A stretch of DNA of 64,000 nt from IMG/VR virus record IMGVR_UViG_3300017991_000083, positions 27,367-91,366 of that record; one strand, written 5' to 3'. The notes beneath the pieces were generated by a model. That model worked only from the letters and a program-made list of their open reading frames with translations, searched no databases and had not been told where the DNA came from. Positions 9,301 to 18,376 of the stretch are shown one piece after another (within the stretch, counting starts at the first letter, position 1; every line of letters starts with the position of its first letter). The position numbers and the translations under genes are program-made. The stretch comes from a virus.

Positions 9301-11990
9301 TCGCCGGGGATGTTCGGGATGTCGACCATTACATTGAGCTGGTCGCCGCGCTTGCCCACCAGGCCGATGATCTTCTGGACCCGGTTGCAGGTGCCGGCAA
9401 CAGGCGGGTCTCCTGCTGTCGGGGTTCCGGGCCCGATGACGGCAACGTGGTCGAGCGAGTACATCGTGACGAAGAGATACTCTCCGCACCAGAAGATGAA
9501 GTCGGGCGTGATGAACCCCTCGTCGTAGTCTCCGCTGATGCCCCAAGACTGATGGTCGTAGTACTCGACAGTGGCCCCGTTGTCCTTCAGGACGGTAATC
9601 ATGTGCTGCTCGGCGGCGACGCCACTAGTGATGCAAATATAGCCGTCCCTGTCGGGATAGTGCTGGCGGCTGACTCCGCGGACGTTGCGGATCCATCCGT
9701 TCTCGGGATCTTCGTTGCCCTGGCCAGGCCCTGCCGCATCGTCCGATCGTCTGCCCCATCGCCAGATGACCGACTCCGTGTCGGCCCAATCGTACTTGTA
9801 CAGGGCCCGATCTTCGGTCGTCGGCAGGTGCCAAACCGTCGTCGCGAAGAGGCCGTCCTCTTCCTCTACACAGAGCTCAAGGTCATACGTCCTGTCGCCA
9901 GCATCGATAAACTCTGGCTGCGTCTCTGTCGTATCCTCCGACTTGTTCGTGATGTAGACGTCGTTGTTCCCGCCCTCCCGGCAGATGAACAGCTTGTCGT
10001 CCATGTCGAAACGGTCCTGATGCGACGCGACAATGCCCCTGTGGGTCTGAGACGGAGAGCTCCCGTAGTCGAAGTAGCCGGCGAAGGTGTAGGGGGCTGT
10101 CTTGAGATAGGCCTTCGTCAGTACCCCGTAGGGAAAGTTGCCGTTGGAACCGTGGACATAGATGTAGGTCCCGTCGCCAGTGATGCTGCGAATGACAAAG
10201 CCGCTACCTTCCGTTTGGATGTCCGCTACCCATGTGCATCCGTCGGGCGGGTCGTTGGTATAGATGAGGACCTTGTTGGCGGTTGTGCCGTTGGTCGCAT
10301 CGGCCACATAGATGTAGTCCTCGTCAGCCCAAATGCCCTTCGGCTGATTCATCTGCCCTTCGCCCGTCCCACTCTCGCCGAAAGTGGCGGCGACCTCGAG
10401 GTAGGGCGTCTCGGGGATCTCGTAATCGGCCTCGGTCTCTATCTTCACGAAGTAGAGTCCGGCCCACCCGAAGTCGGCATCGGGGTCGTTCTCGTCTACG
10501 ATAGTTACAGGGCGCCAGTCCTCGGGCATCTGCCAGGTGATCCATCCGTCGACAGAGAATCTCTCCGTTCCGTCGACGTACCCCTCAATGCCGAGATCAG
10601 GATCCGCCTCAGGGATCTCGACCCAATTCCCCGGGCCCTTGCTATAGTAGACCTTGATAGAGAAGTCGCCAGAGGCGGGGTCCTGGATGTCGAAGTACAC
10701 TCCGCCGAACCGCTCATTGTCGCCCAGGTACAGCGTGTCGTTTGATCCAAGGAGATCGAAGGGGGTCCCTGGGATTGCGGCCTGATTCGTTCTGTCAGTC
10801 CACGTGTCGGTATCGCTGTCGTGGACGATGACAGCATTGAAGTCGGGTATCGCCTCAGCCTTTCTGCCGCTATCGAACGTGAGAGTGGGCAGGCCCTTCT
10901 CATATACCTGTGTCCCGTTCTCCGCAAAGTCTATCCAGACGATGTCGGCAGTGTGGTAGTTGGGATTCTTCGCGATGGCCGTCGGACGTCCGAAGTTGAA
11001 GATGGCCCGGTTCCCTGCATAGTCGTAGAGATTCTTGTCGCCGTCAGAGTTGACGTCGTCTTCGTCCTGCACCAGAACCGTGTCGCCGTAGTCCCACTGA
11101 TATCTGTTCGGATGGACGTACTTGAAGACACGCCCGCCGGTACGCATGTCGAGACCCGACACCCGGACAATGTCGACCCCCTCGGTCGCTTCGCCGTCAG
11201 GGAAGACATACGCCAGGTTCTTCGGTCCGTAGTAGACCTCGCTCCCATCTAGGGGAGCGTAGTACCGAACAAGCTGGACGCCGGTGAGCTCGACCATCGG
11301 GCCGTACGCATTCGAGCACTCGTAGGCGGCCTTATGATCGAGATCCTTCATGTAGCCGTAGACTTGGATGGTCAGAGATCGCTCGCTCTTACTCCAGGTT
11401 GTCCCGGACGGGTCGACGACGCCGCCGATGATGATGGGGCGCTCGTTTGTCTCTGTTAGCCCCTTGTATCCCAACTTCACGGTTATCCAGATGCGATCCG
11501 TCGTGTTGAAGAACCCGTCTTCGGTTATCTCGTTGTAGAGATCCCTGTCGGGGTCGAGCATACTGACCTTGAACGTCCCCGTGTCGAACACGTTCAGGGT
11601 CTGTGACTCGACGGACTGTCGGATTCTGGCGATAGGGCGCTGCGCGAGGTAGGACACAAGCGAGAACTTGTACGCTATGAGACTGTAGAGATCCTCGGTG
11701 GCGCTGTAGGTGAAGCCGCTGAGTGTGAGGGTGGTCCAGTCGTCCGAAGATGAGTACGCCGGCGCCGAGCCGATGGTATATTCGGTCGCAATCCCGCGTG
11801 ACATCACGCAGACCACGTCGCCGTTCGAGAAGTGCGAGGTCGCATCGCCGGCCACCCGGATAGCCGTTCCCGACCCACTGACTACGATGCCCGCCCACTG
11901 ATGCCAGGCATAGACTTCAGTGACAACGGGCGGGGCCTTGCCCACCCGCGACGACTGCAGTTTGTACCTGTCTGTGACTGTCAGGGTCAT
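6351..11990 (-). CDS. large tail tip/hub protein (1879 aa) with beta-propeller and repeated beta-sandwich domains
   Basis: Directly follows the tape measure; NHL-like GEGQMNQPKGIWADEDYIYVAD; two DxLYLG...DGT...YW/FxRI modules. Confidence 0.8.
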   Translation of the reverse strand: MTLTVTDRYKLQSSRVGKAPPVVTEVYAWHQWAGIVVSGSGTAIRVAGDATSHFSNGDVVCVMSRGIATEYTIGSAPAYSSSDDWTTLTLSGFTYSATEDLYSLIAYKFSLVSYLAQRPIARIRQSVESQTLNVFDTGTFKVSMLDPDRDLYNEITEDGFFNTTDRIWITVKLGYKGLTETNERPIIIGGVVDPSGTTWSKSERSLTIQVYGYMKDLDHKAAYECSNAYGPMVELTGVQLVRYYAPLDGSEVYYGPKNLAYVFPDGEATEGVDIVRVSGLDMRTGGRVFKYVHPNRYQWDYGDTVLVQDEDDVNSDGDKNLYDYAGNRAIFNFGRPTAIAKNPNYHTADIVWIDFAENGTQVYEKGLPTLTFDSGRKAEAIPDFNAVIVHDSDTDTWTDRTNQAAIPGTPFDLLGSNDTLYLGDNERFGGVYFDIQDPASGDFSIKVYYSKGPGNWVEIPEADPDLGIEGYVDGTERFSVDGWITWQMPEDWRPVTIVDENDPDADFGWAGLYFVKIETEADYEIPETPYLEVAATFGESGTGEGQMNQPKGIWADEDYIYVADATNGTTANKVLIYTNDPPDGCTWVADIQTEGSGFVIRSITGDGTYIYVHGSNGNFPYGVLTKAYLKTAPYTFAGYFDYGSSPSQTHRGIVASHQDRFDMDDKLFICREGGNNDVYITNKSEDTTETQPEFIDAGDRTYDLELCVEEEDGLFATTVWHLPTTEDRALYKYDWADTESVIWRWGRRSDDAAGPGQGNEDPENGWIRNVRGVSRQHYPDRDGYICITSGVAAEQHMITVLKDNGATVEYYDHQSWGISGDYDEGFITPDFIFWCGEYLFVTMYSLDHVAVIGPGTPTAGDPPVAGTCNRVQKIIGLVGKRGDQLNVMVDIPNIPGESVNQQVIIKHDVDENNTVIPVPATWYQLMSAHGLIQKLLVRGGYAPGIQHIDDLNLEIDTAQIFGYGGRCPHLTARHPISAMTYDSSSGYLYVASGLEIWRVKGDTEFEHVYTVPRPGYTDPVEGSDTGWNYETTWSEDYQIVVLALETVSGNLTLRGLAIHPYKYWCWSQYTCPGIAFQYDIDDAVLEIYTYDLKNAAADDYYYGVWPGTHIVRPGRDQHIDGEASGTYQRMTGQWTEGGAGMNNGENISLPFGQLVTCGKFKYNGAQYLFSGMQSAAGLVSRGVFFMGLYMYIGRDVSTIFTGAKGYPWIYLPAGFYSHWDHFPINIHKYPARLRYTFGQEGFLEYESATGSIHQQRFQNIETNGSGCVLHSAMYRHRIGDDTWHADGPKYLRWHRKGVDTQVLCGCLGIDDYRYIAVMQIVEMGYGETSMAALRVISYKDEGFFFVSSGAPNLQRPGVAYWYNSASGWTDSSSDLASEDAPSYTVELDSTDDYLYLGMAEQFLSVQLEFVDPTVSGTMEIQIWTGSAWETMSDVGSDESSERRYFDGTYELSASGVICIHPPFNSADKQRWTPSTFYNLTNPGTQTQVSNTDEFYWIRIRMSSISSNTVRIDRVYSESVVVWDNWIYDDGGHKGYTILNLCDGDSSSSNHIIHGALWDRDDGAETGDLDALQYFYFVLDIDSSGVTMVKSQSLSDATDTSNSQFMGHVFDPHSDKVYSVLAHPLYKDRGAILVSATYNGSTITLTRLDNLQASDWGISGKLLATGTGRIYGVTHPRGILFHYDTEVYPRVTIANFGQGMSIRQAITYLCEITNTVFRISPEREAYVQKRDHSIASGNVLQITEPEHLVKINGVETWPHQYDGVHVDWTDIYGENGTEISGSSEWGAKVLQLTNPFVQDMYVADAMAQVYDAYFQVARMVVDMAVVFMPWLELKDVFRLFVSSTFGCSDRTVRWSISELGLDMRKNSLDVKALVWDGEET

Positions 11991-14900
11991 CAGTCAATCG
12001 CCTCGCCAGTGGCGTTGCGGAGCCGCTGGATCATCCGCCTCTTCGCCGGGAGCATCACCTTCTCGTAGAAGTCGTCGACGGAGTCCTCGTCGATCGAGAG
12101 CATCCCGCCAGGAGCGACGATGATCTGGTCCGGAGTGCTTCCGGCGATGATGGAGAGAAAGTCCTCTCTGTCCATGCCCATCGACTCCCAGGGCGCCTGT
12201 GCCGGCCGGGTCTCCGGTATCGTTGCCTGTCCCATGCCGGCGCCAGGAAACGGCATCTCTGCCATCGACTCGACAAGGTCTGTGAGCTTCGGCGACAATA
12301 GCCGTTCGTCATGGTGGATGTAGGCGAATCCGTCCCGGACATTCTTGCCACCGACCTTTCCCACGAACGGCGTGTTGCCAGATACCGGGTCCTGCGTGCT
12401 GAACGCCGTCGACGCTGCTCCACTGGACGTCGATGAGCTAGCCGCGCCTGCAGCGTCTCCGAGGCCGGGGAGCAGGTTCAGCATCCAGGCCAGGGCCTTC
12501 GCGAAGAGCAGGCGCCAGATGAGCTTGCCGACCTCCTCGAGCATGATGGCAACGGCGTTGACTACGGCCTCGGCGACCGGGTCCAGGGCCTTCTTGATGA
12601 TGGCGTCCTTGATGGTCTGGCCGAGATCCGTCCAGATCTGTTCGGCCTCCTTCGAGTCGCGCCGCAGGGCGTTCAGCCAGTTGACCGTCGCGTTGCTCAG
12701 GGAGTTGGCGATATTGCTCGACCAGCGCTCCCACGACTGGCGGCGCTGTTCGGCGATCTCCTGCTCAACTTCCACAAGCTCAGCCTGCAGTGCGAGATAA
12801 TCTTCGTTCCCCTCGGCCGTCGCCGCCAGACGTGCCTGTATGTAGTCGCGGTACTCTGTCAGGCTCATGCGGTTCTTGTTTCGTTCGGCCTGGAGCTCCT
12901 CCTCGAGCTCGCTTCTGCGAATGGCTACAAGGGCCTGCTTCAGAACGATGGCCGCCAGGGTCTCGATCTCGTTGCGGTGCTCGCCGGCCTCTTTGGCCAG
13001 ATCCATGTCTTCAGCGTACTGGGCATGGGCCCGGGCCCGGGCTTCGGCGTACTGCCCCTCTTCGGCAGCTATCCGGAGCTGCTTGAGCCTGTCGAGGAAC
13101 TGCTTCCGGTTCCTGAGGGTCTCTTCGTCAGCGTCCTTCTGGATCTGTGCCTTGGCGAGCTGCAGGGCCTTCTCGGCCGCGAGGCGGAGATCCGATTCCT
13201 GACTCGCAAGGTCCTCGATCAGAGTAAGCAGGATATCCCTCGTCGCCTCGGCTTCGGCGATCTTCTGGACGTCGGTCTCCTTGGCCATTGACGCTTCGAT
13301 GTCCGCGACCTGCTCCCTGAGATTCTCCTGGTATCCCGCCAGGCCATCGGCCAGGGCAATATCCTCGTCATACTGACGCTGTGCGGCCTCGCGACGGCGG
13401 TCGAACTCGTTCTCGATATTGTCGAGGGTGATAGCCTTCAGCCTTTCGGCCGCTTCCGTCTGCAGCTTGACGATGGCGTCTATCTCTTCCTCGCTGAGGC
13501 CGTAGTTGGTGTCCTCGCCCCCTCCGAGATCGGTGAGCCAGCCTTTCAGTGTGGCGATGGTCATGATGAGCTCGCGCATCTCCGCGTCTATCTCGTTGAT
13601 CCTCGCGAGCTGCTCGTTGTACTCCTTCTCGGTGCCCAGGTACTCGGAGATGGAAATGCCACCAGCGCCGCCCTCCCCGGCCGACAGCGCCTCGAGCCTG
13701 GCCTTCTTATAGCCCTCCCACTTCGCCGAAAGCTCGGCAAAGCCTTCGTTCTCTGTGGCGAATCGCTTCTTGACCATCTCCAGATCCATCTGAGCGATCT
13801 CGAGCTGAGCCTGCCACCTGTCCTGGTTCAACTTCAGCATCATCTGGTGATTGGCTACGAGAGTCGTGCGGTACTCCTCCAGGGCATCGCGGTTGATCCC
13901 GATCACGTTCCCGAGATCATCGAACCCGGTGACGACCTGCGGGAGTGCGTTGCCGAGCATGTTCATGACGCGCTGGAGCTCTGCTGTCTCGGCGTTGCTC
14001 TTGGCGGTGATGCCGTTGAGCTCGTCGAGCTTGGTGGTGAGCTTGTCCAGGCTCTCGATCTCGCTACCCATCGCGTCGATGGTCTTCTTTATCTCGGCAC
14101 TACGCTCGACCTGGCCCTGGATCGAGAGCTCTTCCATCTTCCGGGCGGCGGCGCCAACTCCCACGAACGCGGCGACAAGGGCACCGAGCGCGGCGACGAT
14201 CCACCCGACCGGACCGGCCAGGCCAAGAAGCACGTTCTTGACCATTGATAGGCCAACGGCGATGCGCGGCAGCAGCGACACCATGAATCCAAGGACGCCC
14301 GTGAGCAGGGTGAGTCCGCCCGCGGCCGTCGTCGAGAACGCGGCGACACGCTGCATCCATTCCGGCAGATCGCCGAGAAATAGCGCCGTCTCTCGTAGGC
14401 CGTCCGCGACCTTGCGGAGCACGGGGACCAGCGCCTGGCCGAACTGGAGCACGATCTCGTTGATGGAGTTCCGGAGTTTCTTCAGGGTCCCAATGAACGT
14501 GTCCGTCTGGATATCGAGCATCTCGTAGGCCTTGTTCGTGCCGGAGATGCTCATCTCCATCTCCTCGAGCCTGGCCGAGCCGGCCGTCACAAGGTTCAGA
14601 ATGCCCGCCAGAGCACGAGCGCCGAAGATGACCGAGGCCGCTCGCGGCGTTATCTTGTGCTCCTCGAACTGCCTGACGATATCGACGAGGCTGTTCAGGG
14701 TCGGATCGACGTCCTTCGCTGCGATGCCTAGGTTCTCGATTTCGCGACGGGCCATAGGCGTGAGTCTCGCGAGCCGGACCAGCGACATCCTGAGCGCCGT
14801 GCCGGCCATCGAGGCCTCCATGCCAGAGTTGTAGAGCAGCCCAAGCGCGGCAACGACGGTCTCGAACTCCTGGCCGGCGTTGTGCGCGATAGGCGCCACA

Positions 14901-15502
14901 TACCTCATGGAGATCGCCAGGCGCTCGGCCGTGGCCTGAGACTTGGAGATGGCCGCGGCGTAGGCGTTCGCGACACGGTCCGCGTTCTCCGTCCCCATCG
15001 CGAAGGCGTTCATGGCGGCGACGACCATCTGAGTCGTCTGACCCAGGTCGTTCATCGTCGCGCCGGCAAGGGTCAGGGTCGCGCCAAGGGCCTCGACGGT
15101 CTGTTCGGCATTGTAACCGGCACTGGCCAGGTAGTACATCGCCTGGGCCGTCTCGCGGGCGGAGAAGATGGTCGTCTGACCCCAATCTCGGGCAATCTCG
15201 CGCATCGAGGTCATGTCCCGGAAGTGCTCGCCCAGGACCGACCCGACGTTCGCCATCTCCTGCTCGAACTGCGCGAACTGCCGGACCGACATCGCGGCCA
15301 TCGCGGTGATGGCGGCGCCGGCGATCGTCGCCGCCATCCCCATCCGCTGGAGCTGAGGGCTGACCTCAGCGACCTGACGCTGGAAGTGACCGAGATGAGC
15401 CTTGGCGAGCTGTGTTCCGGAGACAAGCCCGGTCAGGTTCGCGTTGATAGCCACGAACACTGTGCCGAGCGATACCGCCCCCATGCCTACGCCGAACGCC
15501 AT
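11990..15502 (-). CDS. tail tape measure protein (TP901-like)
   Basis: FEQEMANV, FSARETAQAMYYLASAG, ASMAGTALR; long helical Ala-rich protein. Confidence 0.95.
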   Translation of the reverse strand: MAFGVGMGAVSLGTVFVAINANLTGLVSGTQLAKAHLGHFQRQVAEVSPQLQRMGMAATIAGAAITAMAAMSVRQFAQFEQEMANVGSVLGEHFRDMTSMREIARDWGQTTIFSARETAQAMYYLASAGYNAEQTVEALGATLTLAGATMNDLGQTTQMVVAAMNAFAMGTENADRVANAYAAAISKSQATAERLAISMRYVAPIAHNAGQEFETVVAALGLLYNSGMEASMAGTALRMSLVRLARLTPMARREIENLGIAAKDVDPTLNSLVDIVRQFEEHKITPRAASVIFGARALAGILNLVTAGSARLEEMEMSISGTNKAYEMLDIQTDTFIGTLKKLRNSINEIVLQFGQALVPVLRKVADGLRETALFLGDLPEWMQRVAAFSTTAAGGLTLLTGVLGFMVSLLPRIAVGLSMVKNVLLGLAGPVGWIVAALGALVAAFVGVGAAARKMEELSIQGQVERSAEIKKTIDAMGSEIESLDKLTTKLDELNGITAKSNAETAELQRVMNMLGNALPQVVTGFDDLGNVIGINRDALEEYRTTLVANHQMMLKLNQDRWQAQLEIAQMDLEMVKKRFATENEGFAELSAKWEGYKKARLEALSAGEGGAGGISISEYLGTEKEYNEQLARINEIDAEMRELIMTIATLKGWLTDLGGGEDTNYGLSEEEIDAIVKLQTEAAERLKAITLDNIENEFDRRREAAQRQYDEDIALADGLAGYQENLREQVADIEASMAKETDVQKIAEAEATRDILLTLIEDLASQESDLRLAAEKALQLAKAQIQKDADEETLRNRKQFLDRLKQLRIAAEEGQYAEARARAHAQYAEDMDLAKEAGEHRNEIETLAAIVLKQALVAIRRSELEEELQAERNKNRMSLTEYRDYIQARLAATAEGNEDYLALQAELVEVEQEIAEQRRQSWERWSSNIANSLSNATVNWLNALRRDSKEAEQIWTDLGQTIKDAIIKKALDPVAEAVVNAVAIMLEEVGKLIWRLLFAKALAWMLNLLPGLGDAAGAASSSTSSGAASTAFSTQDPVSGNTPFVGKVGGKNVRDGFAYIHHDERLLSPKLTDLVESMAEMPFPGAGMGQATIPETRPAQAPWESMGMDREDFLSIIAGSTPDQIIVAPGGMLSIDEDSVDDFYEKVMLPAKRRMIQRLRNATGEAID

Positions 15503-15505
15503 CTT

Positions 15506-16066
15506 CTATCCCTTCTTCCGTTTCTTCTTCCGCTTGTCGATTACCTGGAAGCCCGGCACTGTCCCTGGCTTGGCGCCCGGAAGGCCGAACAGGGCCCGAG
15601 GGTCTTGGATCTTGAGCTTCGACTTCGTGATGCGGCCGGACTTGTCCTTGACCTGATCGACCTCTGTCGTCGCTCTAGGTGGGCAGACCAGGACATTACC
15701 CTTCCCCTTCACGTAGCGGGCGGTATAGGCGCCCTGTCCGTCCCCTCGCTGTCCTCCTACCTTGAGCCCGGGGCCGGGGGTTTCCCCGGCATCTCCCCCA
15801 TGTGCCTTCAGCGCTTCCTTCTGCAGATGGCTCCTTACCTGCATCGACTCACGGAGACCCTGCAGCAGCAGCCTGGCCTGAGGACGGGTAAGCTGCAGGA
15901 TGTCCCCCAGGGGCCACTTGAACTCTTGAGCAAATCGGACCACCAGTGCCCGCCACGAGCCCATCGCCTTGAGGAGCTCAGGGGGCAGGGTCTCTATTTG
16001 CTCGCCGGTCTCGCTGCGAGGACCGCTTCGCCCGCCGCCGAGACCGTTTTCATCCCGTCGAAAAAA
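15506..16066 (-). CDS. tail assembly chaperone, -1 frameshift extension (gpGT-like)
   Basis: Open -1 frame entered at T TTT TTC (16066-16060); WPLGDILQLT motif; sits between the chaperone and the tape measure. Confidence 0.75.
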   Translation of the reverse strand, partial: FFRRDENGLGGGRSGPRSETGEQIETLPPELLKAMGSWRALVVRFAQEFKWPLGDILQLTRPQARLLLQGLRESMQVRSHLQKEALKAHGGDAGETPGPGLKVGGQRGDGQGAYTARYVKGKGNVLVCPPRATTEVDQVKDKSGRITKSKLKIQDPRALFGLPGAKPGTVPGFQVIDKRKKKRKKG

Positions 16067-16464
16067 TCGTTGAGGTTGAGAATCGCCATCAGGAGCGGCG
16101 GGAAGCACCCGATCGGCATCTTCTTCAGCCGCTCAACGGTCAGATGTGGGTGGTGCTGGCGAAGTCCGTAGTGCGCGATATCGGCCAGGACCTGAATCGC
16201 CTCCTCAGGAACGACCTGCCCATCTTTCAGCTCCAGGGCATCCAGCTCGAAGAGCTTCGCCTGCAGGTCCGGAAGCTCGTCCATCGGGACGGCGCAGACC
16301 TTGAACGGCACGCCGCGCAGAATCACGGGCTCCGGGGCGTTCCGGAGCGCATCGATCTCATCCTGCTCGGGCGGTATCGCGGATTCGTCGACCGCCGCCG
16401 CGATCGGCTTCTCCTCAGGTGCCGCTCCGTCCTGCTCCACTGCCTCGTTCTTCTCTTCGGCCAT
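15994..16464 (-). CDS. tail assembly chaperone (gpG-like)
   Basis: Between tail tube and tape measure; AAGGAG SD; slippery site near the 3' end. Confidence 0.8.
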   Translation of the reverse strand: MAEEKNEAVEQDGAAPEEKPIAAAVDESAIPPEQDEIDALRNAPEPVILRGVPFKVCAVPMDELPDLQAKLFELDALELKDGQVVPEEAIQVLADIAHYGLRQHHPHLTVERLKKMPIGCFPPLLMAILNLNDFFDGMKTVSAAGEAVLAARPASK

Positions 16465-16490
16465 TTACAGGCTCCTTTTCGAGGGGCGGT

Positions 16491-16518
16491 CCGGGCCAGG
16501 TCGACACCCCTGGCCCGG
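16491..16518 (-). terminator. GC-rich hairpin after the tail tube gene (terminator or mRNA stabiliser)
   Basis: CCGGGCCAGG-N8-CCTGGCCCGG; no U-tract. Confidence 0.4.
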
Positions 16519-16532
16519 CCCTATCCCCAGGC

Positions 16533-16985
16533 CTAGCTCTCGTCTCCGAGTTCGATCGTGCCGACGCTGTTGCTGCTGTCGGCCGTGGCCTCGAAGTCGA
16601 AGTTGGGAATGACGTGCGAGTCTCGTGCGAACGGGAACCTCAGGTTCGTCGCCCGGCACTCGTTGAGCGTGATGGTGAACGTCACGCTGTCGGTTGTCAT
16701 GGTGAACTCGAGCTGCCAGGTGTCGGGATACGACGTGTTGGAGAGCGCCACCGACGTCCCGGTTCTCGTGCCACCAGTGAGTCGCTCGACTCCCTTCGCG
16801 GTCAGATTCGCGAACTCGGCGCTGCCGGTGATCGACCCGGTATGCGTCCGAATGTCCTTCGGGAAGAGACCCGCACCGCTGTAGAGCTTCGCGACGTCGA
16901 AGCTGAAGTCGAGACTGAAGTTCTGCAGATGGCCCAGGATCTCCCCGTCCTGGCGCATTGTGCCAAGACCGAACTGGATAGCCAC
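16533..16985 (-). CDS. major tail tube protein
   Basis: 150-aa Thr/Ser-rich beta protein; strong GGAGGGGGTG SD; position. Confidence 0.8.
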   Translation of the reverse strand: MAIQFGLGTMRQDGEILGHLQNFSLDFSFDVAKLYSGAGLFPKDIRTHTGSITGSAEFANLTAKGVERLTGGTRTGTSVALSNTSYPDTWQLEFTMTTDSVTFTITLNECRATNLRFPFARDSHVIPNFDFEATADSSNSVGTIELGDES

Positions 16986-17016
16986 TAGATATTCACCCCC
17001 TCCCTAAGTGGGTCTA

Positions 17017-17472
17017 TTACGTCGTTCCGAGGACGACCGTGAAGGTCATCGACGTATGGAGCAGGTTAGCCTCTGGCTCCGGGATCTCGATCGAGGAGAC
17101 CAGGTTACAGCGCCTGCACCTAACTGTGAACGCCTGGGCGTTCAGATTCGTGACTCCTGCCTCTCCTACCTCACCATGCAGCAGGTCGAACACTTCCTGC
17201 TCCAGGGTATCCATCGTCGTTTTCGGGTAGCCTCTGTTCGTGGGCACCCAAAGGTGGATCTTGACGTCGAAGCCGGCCGAAGGGAGCCGGTGCGCTGCAT
17301 TGGTCCATGTCACCTGGAACGTGAGCTGCGGGTAGTCCCGGTCCTTCACCCGTACAACGGGCAGCGCCGAGTCGTGGATGCGCGTACTGCACTTCCCCGT
17401 GATGATCGCGCTGGACGTGAACAGCGCTTTCAGGGCCCCCTTCAGGGCGATCTTCATGCGCTCGTTGCTCAT
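17017..17472 (-). CDS. tail terminator/completion protein
   Basis: Size and position before the tube; RIHD...YPQLTF pattern. Confidence 0.7.
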   Translation of the reverse strand: MSNERMKIALKGALKALFTSSAIITGKCSTRIHDSALPVVRVKDRDYPQLTFQVTWTNAAHRLPSAGFDVKIHLWVPTNRGYPKTTMDTLEQEVFDLLHGEVGEAGVTNLNAQAFTVRCRRCNLVSSIEIPEPEANLLHTSMTFTVVLGTT

Positions 17473-18020
17473 CTACCTGCCGCTCCTGCAGCCCCTACTG
17501 TGCCACTTGCCCTCATCGCCGCGGCTACCGCGGCGCCGATCTCTGCCTGGACCTGCTGCTGCTTGTTTATCATCGCGGTCCGGATGTAGGGTCGCGGAGC
17601 CATCGGCGGCTCCGCACGGCCCTCATGGACGTAGAGCACGTAGAACGGGGTTGTCCTCCTCCGGCCGTACTTGTCGACCCACTTGCCGGGGGCCGTGTAG
17701 CCGGGATGCACGCCAATCTTCCAGCGCCAGTGCAGGAACGAGACCTCCTCGGGCATGAATGCCTTCGTCGATGCCCTCATGAGGCCGGTGTCAACCGCAC
17801 GGAGAGCGCCAGACGATACGAGTTCTACCGCCTCCCTCTCGATGAGCTGAGCGCCCCTGGTGCCGGCCAGGACCACGTTCTTGACCGCTCTCGAGGCGAA
17901 CAGGGTCAGGGCGACCTGCACTTCCTTCACGCCGATCACATGGACTCCGCCCCGGAACAGTGTCCCGGGAATGACCCCTGTCGCCCCGCCCGTGAGGCCC
18001 GAAAGTGTGCTGAGAGGCAC
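17469..18020 (-). CDS. HK97 gp10-like neck protein
   Basis: AVDTGLMRAS, YVHEG and MAPRPYIR motifs. Confidence 0.8.
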   Translation of the reverse strand: MPLSTLSGLTGGATGVIPGTLFRGGVHVIGVKEVQVALTLFASRAVKNVVLAGTRGAQLIEREAVELVSSGALRAVDTGLMRASTKAFMPEEVSFLHWRWKIGVHPGYTAPGKWVDKYGRRRTTPFYVLYVHEGRAEPPMAPRPYIRTAMINKQQQVQAEIGAAVAAAMRASGTVGAAGAAGR

Positions 18021-18376
18021 TAGCTATACCCGCCCTCTCCGTAAGCGTCCATGTAGACCTGCTTGTGGTGATCCTTCACGCCGCCTGGTCGATTGTCGAC
18101 ATAGCGGACGATGAACGTCTCGCCTGTGACCTCCTGGGTCAGAATGTCGTCGACCTTGACTATCGCCGTCGGCAGCATAAACCCGAGATGGGAGCTCGAC
18201 CCGATGACGCCGCCGACGCCGGCCTCTGCGGCCCCCTTGTTGCGCGTGATGCGGATGGGCTGATCGGTCGCCGCGAGCCGAGGGCCAGTGGCGATGTCGC
18301 CTGTGGCCGTGGTCGCCTGCGCCGGCACCCGCGCTATGCTCACCCGCTCGGGGAGTAGCCCCACCTTGATTGCCAT
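18020..18376 (-). CDS. head closure/stopper protein
   Basis: 118 aa; VKVDDIL...TFIVRYVD...HH pattern; position. Confidence 0.7.
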   Translation of the reverse strand: MAIKVGLLPERVSIARVPAQATTATGDIATGPRLAATDQPIRITRNKGAAEAGVGGVIGSSSHLGFMLPTAIVKVDDILTQEVTGETFIVRYVDNRPGGVKDHHKQVYMDAYGEGGYS

